Shown: positions 53,091-64,000 of the stretch, piece by piece
How the letters are laid out: the number at the start of each line of letters is the position of its first letter
Numbering within the stretch: position 1 is the first letter of the stretch
From: Podarcis vaucheri
Taxonomy: Eukaryota
DNA: 64,000 nucleotides
Assembly: GCA_965113315.1 (NCBI GenBank)
Contig: OZ220371.1
Reading direction: 5' to 3' (one strand)
Translations under genes and position numbers: made by a program
The notes under the pieces: generated by a model
What the model saw: only the letters and a program-made list of their open reading frames with translations
Database searches by the model: none
What the model was told of the DNA's origin: nothing

Positions 53091-53938
53091 GGTGAATGGT
53101 ATAAAAATTGAGGATTTTAGTTCAGTGGCCACTGTGGTGGTTTGTTGTCTGGAAACAACAAATATTACCAGATTGGGGATTAAATAAAATGTTTTTGTCT
53201 AAATTAGTAGACACTGGTGGAACAACTCTGCATGCGAACAGGTTTTCAGACCTGCTCTTGCTCATGCAATTCACTCCCACAGCATTGACAGGTTTAAAAA
53301 AATCGCATGTTTGGACAGGCTTTTCCTGACTCGTAATTTTATGATCACACACTGCTTTTTCATATTATGCACGTATTTACTTTTTGTTTGTGATTTTATT
53401 ACTGCACTTTGTGCGAACCGCTTAAAGATTTTCTAGCACTAAGTGATGGCTTTCCACTCTGCATAGCGTCCATTTATTATTTCATTTTTGTGTTTCCGCA
53501 AAACACTCTAGCCCCTTTCAGACGTTATGAATGGGGGGGGAGGGAATGGCATTGCAGTGAGCTCCCCTCTCCCCCAGAGCCAGATCCATGCAAAGTGCCC
53601 CCTCATGGTGTGTGGGGGGGTGTCATCTGTCAGTAGTTCACAGCAAGCTTACCTGGCTTCACTTGGAGGCTTGGTCTAACCATCCTTTAAATTCCCACAA
53701 TGCCTCAGAATGATGCTAAGCTGGGGGCATTGTGGGAAATTCAAAGGGTGACTAAATGCAGCTGCCCGATGCTCCATGGAGTAACCCCTCCCCCTTTTTA
53801 TGGGTGCTCAGAGCAGGGATCAGCAATTGGCCCTGCCAGCTCTCTGGAGCTCTGGCAGGTGCCTGAGGGTTCATGTGCTGGCTCCAGCCCTGCCCTCCTG
53901 AATGCATTTGTTATAAGATGTTAATGTTGCCCTTCACC

Positions 53939-53992
53939 TGTTTGTTTGTTTGTTTGTTTGTTTGTTTGCTTGCTTGCTTGCTTGCTTGCTTG
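53939..53992. repeat. (TTTG)n(CTTG)n compound microsatellite
   Basis: Seen directly. Confidence 0.95.
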
Positions 53993-54650
53993 TCTAAAGG
54001 GGAAAGGAGATCTGATCCCAACATTGCTGTGCCCATGGTGCTGTCCCACCATGCAGAACTTCTGAAAGATGAGTCTGTGATGTGTACAACTGCATAAACT
54101 TGGGGTTAGGAACCCTGCACTTCTGCAATTCATGGTGGCGTGGAACACCTTGCTCATACAACTGTCACTGTGTAGGCAATCATGTCAATACATGACAGTC
54201 AGGAGTGGGACTGCCTGGTGCATCAATGTTAAGGACAAGGCTAATGGGCAGAGTTCCACTTACCCCTCCAGTCAATGAATATATGCTGTGTGTGTGAGAG
54301 AGAGGGGGGGGGGAGAGGGAGAGAGAAGTTAAGTATTACCCTAATGGACATCCTCCTAAATATTAGTGTTGATTATCTACAGTACATTAAATATATATCT
54401 ATATCTGTATCTATATCTATATCTATCTATCTATATATGAAACCTTCATCCATATTATACATTTATTGTTCAGTATCCATAGTAACATTCTGTAACAGAG
54501 ACCATAGAAGAATTCTAGAATGATTCTTGCATAAAACTGTTGGGAATACTTTTGCCGAAATGTGTTATTTGTTCCATTTATTTCTCTGGTTCTAGAGCTG
54601 TCAGAAACGGGATCCAAATAGCTCCGTAAAGACTTCAGAGTCTCTCTTGA

Positions 54651-54818
<168 letters not shown>

Positions 54819-55027
54819 TGAATTGCTATTGTTATACTTTACATGGTACATGTTGCAAAATTTCCATACTCTTTAAAACAACAGCCACTTTATATTAGGT
54901 TGATGATAGAATCACAGAGTTGGAATATTTCTATAACTAAATCAACATTGTTATAAATGGGATTTAGTATTTGACTCACCCTCTAAACAAGCTGAGTAGC
55001 TGTGTTTTCTAGAAGCTATCACATCAT

Positions 55028-55115
55028 CAGCTCGGTTGGTGGAGCATGAGACTCTTAATCTCAGGGCTGTGGGTTCAAGCCCCATGTTGGGCAAAAGATT
55101 CATGCATTGCAGGGA
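55028..55115 (+). mobile_element. tRNA(Lys)-derived SINE head, degenerate
   Basis: agctcggttggtggagcatgagactCTTaatctcagggctgtgggttcaagcccc followed by a CR1-like tgcattgcaggg segment; not an intact tRNA. Confidence 0.65.
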
Positions 55116-55544
55116 TGTGAAGAGTCAATGCAAATGAATTACCCCTGATTCTGTTTGCAACAGATGCCAAACTTTTTATAAAATCTAAAAAAGCATGCTT
55201 TGAGTGTTGTTTTTCAGTAAACTACATGTTAAGGTAAACACATGGGTTTTTTTAAAAAAATTAAAAAGCATGCTAAAGCTGGCCACTTCTGTTCTGAATG
55301 GAAAAATAGCCACTAAAGTGGGGTCCTTTGCCCATTTTCCTGCTGAAAGTCCTACTCTATACCGCTGGCTACTGATGGGCTGTGGAAGGTGCTGTTTATT
55401 ACCAGCCCAGAGCCCTGAGTCGAGTGAAGAGTTCATTCTGGGTCATGAGTTAGACATAAGGAATAAGGGAAACATATTTATTGCAATACATACTTTGGTT
55501 CCCAGTTCAGTGGTCTTGATACAATGAAGGGCCATCACTCAGGA

Positions 55545-55715
55545 GATGGGCTGTAACTCAGTGATAGAGGGTCCCAGGTTCCATCCTTGGATATCCAGGT
55601 TGTACAGGGAGTGCCCTCTACCTGAAATCCTGGTGAGCTTCTGCCAGTCAGTGAAGACAACACTGATCTGGATGGACTAATGATATGATTCATTCTAAGG
55701 CAGCTTCCTATATTT
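55545..55715 (+). mobile_element. tRNA-derived SINE with ...ggcagcttccta 3' end
   Basis: gggctgtaactcagtg...caggttccatcc...aaggcagcttccta; related minus-strand copies at ~35510-35690 and ~10778-10900. Confidence 0.6.
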
Positions 55716-56129
55716 CTGCACTCTGCATCATCATGTTCTCAGACTATCCACATCTTTTCTTTCTAATTAGGCCCTGTCTACCTACTCTTCCCTTAGATTC
55801 TTGTTCTTAATCTACTGCCTACTGTGCATTCTCTTCCCCACTTTGAGAGGCCCCTTATAACTCAGTTTTCTGTCTTCAGCTTCCATACTTTTCCATATCG
55901 TTGTCATGGTGAGGTTTAACACCAGCCAAAGTGATGTTTTCCTTCTGTTTCTTACATCTTCGTTTCCCAAGTAGTTTTGAAACATTCCGTGATATCGCAG
56001 CTGCTCAGCCACAGACGTCACCACCACCAAATCTCCCAACGCTTCTTATGATATAGACTAAAACTAAACAGCCATGACTGCAGAATGGTCTGTTGTGCTT
56101 AATTATTCTTGGATTTATTTGTGTTCTAG

Positions 56130-56252
56130 GAATGTTCTTCCAGTGGATTCTCTGTGCCGCTATCTGGATAGTTTCTTTGATTGTTAACCTTATTCAGAAC
56201 AGCCCTAGATTTTGGCCTCTTGCCATGGTTGGCGGCTTTTTATGGGCTACAG
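56130..56252 (+). CDS. TMEM144: TMEM144 coding exon 2
   Basis: ttctag| GMFFQWILCAAIWIVSLIVNLIQNSPRFWPLAMVGGFLWAT G|gtatgg; 123 nt. Confidence 0.95.
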
Positions 56253-56360
56253 GTATGGCTGAAATAACACTTACCTTGTTTACAATTTAACACCCATGCA
56301 CATGTGAATCTATGCACCATTTGCAGATTGCAGGAATATCATAAAATGCAATTGTTAATA

Positions 56361-56603
56361 CAGTGGATTTTTGGGTTGCGAACATGATCCGTGCGGAAAG
56401 CACGTTCGCAACCTGCAGCGTTCGCAACCCGCAGTGCATGCGCAGGTCCGATTCGGTGCTTCTGTGCATGCGCAAAGCAGGAATTAGTGCTTAGGCGCAG
56501 GCACCGAAACCCAGAAGTAACCAGTTCCAGTACTTCCGGGTTCGGCGCAGTGCACAACCCGAAATTACACAACCTGAAGCGTCTGTAACCCGAGGTATGA
56601 CTG
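56361..56603. mobile_element. Tc1/mariner MITE (CpG-rich)
   Basis: TA|CAGTGG...GGTTGCGAAC ... GTAACCCGAGGTATGACTG|TA. Confidence 0.78.
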
Positions 56604-58175
56604 TACTGAGACATATGCATGTACTGGTCCTCTTCAAACAATTTTTGTCTTAAGGTAGGATGGGTGGGGCTTTAATGATAACAAAAACAATAGTAATGTT
56701 ATTATTTATACCCCACTTATCTGGCTGGGTTGCCGCAGCCACTCTGGGCGGCTTCCAAAACATATACAAAACATATACAGGTATTTTGGATTACAAGAAA
56801 ACAGAACACAGTTAACATTTGCTTTTTATTTTGAAGTAAAACCTGCACTGCCAGCTACTCTGCAGTGTAAACACACCACTGATTTGACCTTAAGGTGTGC
56901 ATCGTGGTTTCAAATAAAAAGCAAGATACAAAGGCAACACTTTCGCAAAGCTTCATAATAAGCAACGGGGGGAATAACACTCAGCACATTACAAGCATAT
57001 CAGTTCTGCCCACATCTACGCCTTGGTTCACATTCTGATCGCCCTCCACAGGCTGAAAAGCAATATTCTGCAGCACAGCGCCACCTGTGCTCTGGGAGGC
57101 TTCCTGCACATTTTAGAATCTGGGGGGGACGGGGGACTCATGGAGGGTTATCAGAAGGGCAAAGTCAGAGCACTTCTCCTCATGCCCTCTTCCCACCTGT
57201 TTACGAAATATGACGAAAGAATGTCTGAAGAGGGCTATTAATTTTGTCTCTCATCCACTGCTATGTAATTCAGCATGACGAGAATACTAAATGCTATTGC
57301 GTGGTAGAGTTGCATTAAAAACAAAATCAAGTGCTTGATCCTACAAGGACTTTCAGGGTTCTTCCAGCTGTGATTTGTCTGTCTGTTCAGTGGTCTTTTT
57401 TTCCTCTCTGAGATTTCATGTCAAATCACTTAAAGGCTGGTAGAGCTTTAGTGTGACTGCTTCAGAAAAGAGTGGCAAGTGTGGCATTCAGTTACTGTAT
57501 TGAAAACACTGGGCTGACCCAGACTTAAGTCTGAATCCAACCCACGGAGAATATTTTAAGTTTGCTTACATTGACTCAGAGACACTAGTGATGTTGCTGT
57601 GAGGTTGTGCTGGGCTACCATCCCCCCCTGCCAGCTGCAAAGTCATCAGTCATGTTAAAGAGACCTTTATGAATAAGGGCTCTGCGCATACATATTTGTA
57701 TGTATTTAGGGCCTATTCTGTGAAGCGGGGGCATGGCCAAAAAGAGTAGCGGCAGATATGGGTTCTCAAGATGGTTTCACAATCTTCCAACACATCGGGT
57801 GAATGTGTGGTTGGAGTAATTTGTACCCCCAGCATGGAAACGTACAGTCTGTGAGTACGGAGGGATGACAAATTGTTATCCTCCAGTGCCTTATATATGT
57901 TAAGAGGCATGTAATTTGAACAGTTAATGTACATAAGAGTTGGACGCTGTGCATATTCACCAAGCCTCATGGCGAATGTGCACATCATCCATCCGCAGGG
58001 AGGGAATTGTGCACAATTCCTGGTCAATATATAAAATCCTCAACGGGTTTCGGGAAACGGGTGTATATCTTGGTTGAGTTTTGTACATTCTCTGGCCATG
58101 ATGCATAATCTAGCGCACTAAATGTAGTGATTTATTGTAGATTATGCTTATTAGCAGTTGCATTAATAATACTGA

Positions 58176-58352
<177 letters not shown>

Positions 58353-59061
58353 TAAGCACCCGGTATACTTCACCTATAGTATGAGTATGTATTTGTAACA
58401 TTTACTTTAAAATTACCATTAACAAGACCAATGACAAAAGCATTTTTTCTCTCTCTGTAACGTACTTCATCATAATATACAATCTTGCCCCAAAGATCAG
58501 GCTCAAAATATTATCTGGATACTTCCATCCTGATGTAATTTCCTCCTTGATGTAATTTCTCAATCTTTATACATTCACAAGTTGACTTCAAGATGTTATT
58601 GTGTGTGTGTCAGATATAATGTTAGCTAGGCCCTATAAACCATGTGAGGATCCTTAATAGGCTGAATTAAATGTTTCCATGAGTGATTAATAGTTGCTTA
58701 TATTTTTAAAGAGTTGTTTAAATTTTTGCAATGTACAAGTCTAGCCTCAACTACTAAACATTTTTCAAGACAGTATTTTTATTGTTCAGATGGTAAATGA
58801 GATCGAGACATCTTTACTTCCAGGAATGGATTCATTTATATTTTTATATACATCCTTTCGGCATGTACAAGAACAAGTCAAACTGCAATGCTGTGACCCT
58901 GGAAAAAAAAATCAATGTTATTTGCCAAGCTATCATTCCCTTGTACTTGTGATTGCCACATGCAATTTATTTATGCAAGCTAGATAGCTTTCCCTGCACT
59001 TTTCTATGCCCTTCTCATTTTGGAAACAATTTAAAAGAGTTTTTAACCTTTCTGTTCACAG

Positions 59062-59142
59062 GTTTGGCTGGTTTGGGATTGACCCAGAAGAAGTAGCAAA
59101 ACCAGCTTTAAACTACATTGGAGCTGGACTTTCAGTATTAAG
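59062..59142 (+). CDS. TMEM144: TMEM144 coding exon 4
   Basis: ttcacag| RFGWFGIDPEEVAKPALNYIGAGLSVL AG|gtatta; 81 nt. Confidence 0.95.
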
Positions 59143-59596
59143 GTATTAATAATCTTACTATATTTCTATTTTGAAACACTACTTATGCATATAAGTATGC
59201 ATGTGTATGTGTGTATATACATATATACAAGTGAATCAGAATTTTAAAATGACTGAGGCAAAGTAAAACTTTTATTCTTTTGAGTCTGCAAGTAAGACTG
59301 CAATTCCTAACCACATACTAGGTAGGAAGGAAGTCCCACTGGCCCAGTCAACTTTACTTCTTAGTAAATATGCATAGTATAGCACCATTTATGAAGCAAT
59401 GTTGTCCCTCAGCCAGAGATATTAAAGGATAATGTCTTAACAAATTATTTTTAAAATCAGCAAAATGAAGTAAGGAAGACTAAATCATGTCTGATTTAGC
59501 TGAGATTCCTGCATTGCAAGGGGTTAGACAAAATAATCACAATTCTATGATTCTTTAAGACACATGCATGCATGCGCGCGCGCACACACACACACA

Positions 59597-59841
59597 GAGT
59601 CGTGCCTTGGAAGTCGAACAGAATCTGTTCCGGAAGTCCGTTCCACTTCCAAAACGTTCGGAAACCAAAGCACGGCTTCTGATTGGCTGTAGGAAGCTCC
59701 TGCAGCCAATTGGAAGCCACGGAAGCCCCATTGGATGTTTGGCTTCCAAAAATAGTTCGCAAACCAGACCACTTCCAGGTTTGCGGCATTGAGGAGCCAA
59801 AGCATTCAAGAACTAAGCTGTCGAAAACCAAGGTACAACTG
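59597..59841 (+). mobile_element. Tc1/mariner MITE, copy A
   Basis: Degenerate (c)agtcgt(a)ccttgg...ccaaggtacaactg termini; reverse-complement match to 61805-62054. Confidence 0.8.
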
Positions 59842-59915
59842 TGTGTGTTTGTGTGTGTGTGCATAAAATGCTACAACATGATGGTGTTTAGTTCATGATG
59901 ATATTTCATTTGCAG

Positions 59916-59994
59916 TGCCATCCTATTTCTTTTCATAAAAAGTGATGTTGAGAGCTCTTCACCGTCATCAGAGAGCACCCCACTATTAAGACAT
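59916..59994 (+). CDS. TMEM144: TMEM144 coding exon 5
   Basis: tttgcag| SAILFLFIKSDVESSSPSSESTPLLRH |gtaagt; 79 nt. Confidence 0.93.
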
Positions 59995-60641
59995 GTAAGT
60001 TTTTGCTTTTGTTCATGTTACACTTCCGCACTAGAAAAAAGCATTATAACACAGAACTTATTCCAACCACTTTCTTTTCAAGGTAGCCCTTACGAGGACT
60101 CCCACATTTTTTCACAACTGTAGAGGATATTGGAAAGAACAGAAAGTACCATTATTTGTGCCCTCTAGGGTTAGGAAGCAAGGAAGATTTAGCAAGACAA
60201 ACTTATCAGGATATAGGTTTCAATGTTGTTCAATTATCAATTCAAAAATGAAAATAACTGGGGTGTTGAGAAATCTCTTTTCTTGTGTGCGAGTGCTTTT
60301 AAATGGTTTTTTTGTGTGTTTTGGTGCATTTTTTTCATAGGGTTACTTATTTATTTGTTTTTTAATGTCTATATTTATTGTGTATTGTTGTACCTGCATT
60401 AATTTATGCTGTGAGCATCCTTGCGTCCTGCACTAGGAGAAAGCGGGGATATAAAGAAAAGAAGAGCAATGAAATGAAATGAATAATATCTGCAGATGCA
60501 CCAGCTGCAAATTCTTTAGTTATCAGCTCCTAGCTGTCCGACATCCTTCCTCATTCCCAAGTGAATGAGCATACCTAGCATAATCCAGGTCTGAATGTTT
60601 TCAGAAATCTTAGCCTTAATAGCTTTGCTTTTCACCAACAG

Positions 60642-60727
60642 TCAATCAACAGCTCTGACCATAGCGCTGAAAACAGGACCGATGCTTCATGGGTAGACCA
60701 TCTTTCTCCGTTAGGAAAGAGAATGAT
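60642..60727 (+). CDS. TMEM144: TMEM144 coding exon 6
   Basis: ccaacag| SINSSDHSAENRTDASWVDHLSPLGKRM AT|gtaagt; SWVD motif present; 86 nt. Confidence 0.9.
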
Positions 60728-60976
60728 GTAAGTTGTCCAGCCCTACCTGGATACCTCCTGTTTCATGCTTCCTTTGGTGAACTTCACAAGGCAATAAAGA
60801 CAACAAACTGTAACCATTCTGTGGCAGTGATGAGTGCTCCAACATCTCTTTCAAGACAGCAATTTCTAGAAAACTACTGACAGTTCTCCAGTATGTTTTC
60901 GGCCGCAGCCCTGCAAACCTGCAATGAATATTGTATAGTGCAATGGCTGTCTTTGAGTTTGTAATACGTATCTTGA

Positions 60977-61129
<153 letters not shown>

Positions 61130-61804
61130 TGAACTGTTTTAATATGAAATCTAAACTAGTGGGAAATTTTGCTCATTCACGATGGGCGAAAGGGGAGGAA
61201 AAAGTATTTCCCCCTTTGCTTATCTGTCCCTTGTTTGTTTATTATATGTATTAATCACCTCATAATATAGTTTCTCTAGCTCATTGGTGAGGCGTTTCTA
61301 GCTTGCAGGCCTAATTTGCCCCATGACATGGTTTGGCCCAAACCACATATGACATCAGATGCCAGACAGATAAAGTCATGGCAGCAAATTTAAAAGGAAG
61401 AATTAGGAGCACACTTTCTCAGCCCTAGGCTACTGTGCCTTTTAAAGCACATTCTTTCCCTCAAAGAATTCTGGGCACTGTAGTTCACCCCTCACAGAGT
61501 TACTGTTCCCAGCAATCCTTAACAAACTGCAGTAGTTCATGCACTGGTGACATCAACATTGAATTACAGCAGTGCACTCTATGTTGGGCTTCTCTTGTGC
61601 TTGACCTGAGAACTGCAGTTAGTGCAGAATGCTAGAGCAGTTGCTGATTTCTTACTGGGTAAAGTTTTAAGTTGCTATTATTGTTATATCAAGCCATTAA
61701 TGGCTTGGGACCAGTTTACTTGCAGAATCGCCTTATCCCATACGTACCCACTCAAAGGTTTTGATCTGTGAAACTAACCTTCACTGTATTCTTTCCAGCA
61801 CTTA

Positions 61805-62054
61805 CAGTCATACCTCGGAAGTTGAACACCTTGCTAGACTAATGTTTTGGCTCCCGAACACCACAAACTCAGAAGTGATTGTTCCAGTTTGCGAACATTC
61901 TTTGGAACCCGAACATCCATCACGGCTTCTGTGGCTTCCCATTGGATGCAGAAGCTTCCGGCAGCCAATCGGAAGCCGCGCCTTGATTCCTGAATATTTT
62001 GGAAGTTGAATGGACTTCCCGAACAGATTCTGTTCGACTTCCAAGATACCACTG
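61805..62054 (-). mobile_element. Tc1/mariner MITE, copy B (inverted relative to A)
   Basis: TA|CAGTCATACCTCGG ... CCAAGATACCACTG|TA. Confidence 0.82.
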
Positions 62055-62418
62055 TACTTGAAAACCTTTTTCATTTTGGCAAGCTTAGCCAGACACCAGA
62101 CACACAGATGTTGATGTGTTTACATATTTTCTACTGTTATTTTTAATTGTCTTAAAATGTTTTAGAATGGTTTTTAACTATTTCTATTGATGCTTTTAAT
62201 ATTTGTTGTAAACCACAAAGAAATCATTTAGTTTAAATCAGTGAGACATTTAGTATAGTATTTACAGTCACGTTTACATCGCACATACATACTGAGGAAA
62301 GCCTTTTGATCAGCTAAAACCGGGGAAGGTATTGAAGGCCTTATATGAACAAACGTGTGGCTAAGGTATGAGCAAGACCTTACCAGAAGTAATTGCTGCT
62401 TTTCTAGAATATTGTTGA

Positions 62419-62685
<267 letters not shown>

Positions 62686-62738
62686 TAGGTACTTTCAAGA
62701 GTGATGAGGTTTCTATCCTGCACACAGTCTTTAAGAGC

Positions 62739-62740
<2 letters not shown>

Positions 62741-62814
<74 letters not shown>
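62741..62814. repeat. (AT)n(AC)n microsatellite
   Basis: Seen directly. Confidence 0.95.
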
Positions 62815-63602
62815 CCAGAAGGTATTTTGGGGAGGTATTATATTAATAATGTCGTAGTGGAAAAGTAGCCAACACGGTGCTCTCTAGAAGTTGTTGAACA
62901 CCAATTCACATCTGGATCATCTGGAGAGCACTGCACTGGCTCCTCATAAAAAGAAACCTGTTACATATTGAAGAATACATCTGATCAGCTCATTCAACAA
63001 AGAATATGTTTGCGTTTGCAAGCATACATACAGCTCTGCCTGCATCCAGGAGCAGGTGGGGCGTTTCTGCTGCAGGGAAAGATCTGTGCCCCACCTGACT
63101 TAGTGCCCCTTAGCTCCTCAAGGGACCCAAAGGCTGGTGTTAAATAGTGGCTTTCACCCCAGGCTAAAAATCAGGTAGTCCATGCTTCATATTCAATTCT
63201 GACACGAACACCTGGTGAATTTAAAGTGAGCTCTTCTCCTTCAGCCTCAGTTCCGCCCATTTACAATAACCATTACAGGATTGTTGTTAAGAATAGGAAA
63301 TGCAGGCTAAGAGCTTTGAGCCCTTGAAAGCCCTTTGCAAATGCAGCATGGCCTTAGGATTCGAGCTGGGCAATATATTGGTAAATTGTCAGAAACCTGT
63401 ATGCCATTCAGATCGCAATACCCGTTTCAGACATTTTGGTCTGGCAGTACATCACACCAGCTCAAATTGCTTGCAGACGGCTCCTTCCTTGGAGCAGAGG
63501 TTGGATGGCCATTTGTCATACATGATTTAGCTGATATTCCTGCCTGGCAGGGGGTTGGACTAGATGACCCCCAGGGTCCCTTCCAAGTCTATATTGCTAT
63601 GA

Positions 63603-63971
<369 letters not shown>

Positions 63972-64000
63972 TAGATCAGAGGCAATTATATTTCATCCAG

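Noticed and set aside
55028-55095. tRNA-Lys(CTT) gene
   Set aside because: The acceptor stem is not intact and the sequence continues into a SINE/CR1-like tail, so it is a SINE head.
56361-56603. Intronic CpG island or alternative promoter
   Set aside because: The CpG richness coincides exactly with a MITE.

Overview
Vertebrate genomic DNA, almost certainly from a squamate and probably a lacertid lizard (Sauria SINEs with (ACCTTT)n tails, squamate L2/CR1 ends, hAT/Tigger/Harbinger-like MITEs). It holds two spliced genes arranged head-to-head. GASK1B/FAM198B is on the minus strand with a complete CDS in 4 exons (44370->27543, 1620 nt, 539 aa; Golgi-associated kinase-like protein). TMEM144 is on the plus strand with 9 coding exons (54660->63737, 315 codons; 3' end outside the window) and a CpG-rich putative promoter near 52.6-53.1 kb. 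The first ~24 kb is TE-rich intergenic DNA with solo LTRs, nested MITEs and a decayed olfactory-receptor 5' fragment. An assembly gap lies at 35705-35842. Best leads: (1) a His6-encoding uORF (MHHHHHHPSRQPVNS*) followed by an out-of-frame overlapping uORF just upstream of the GASK1B start; (2) an endolysosomal signature for TMEM144 (ESTPLL dileucine motif plus an M-box in the promoter); (3) an inverted MITE pair bracketing three TMEM144 exons; (4) an orphan OR pseudogene; (5) a palindromic double AP-1/ARE site between the two genes. Most short ORFs in the supplied track are non-coding noise. All calls were made by eye, without alignments or database searches.
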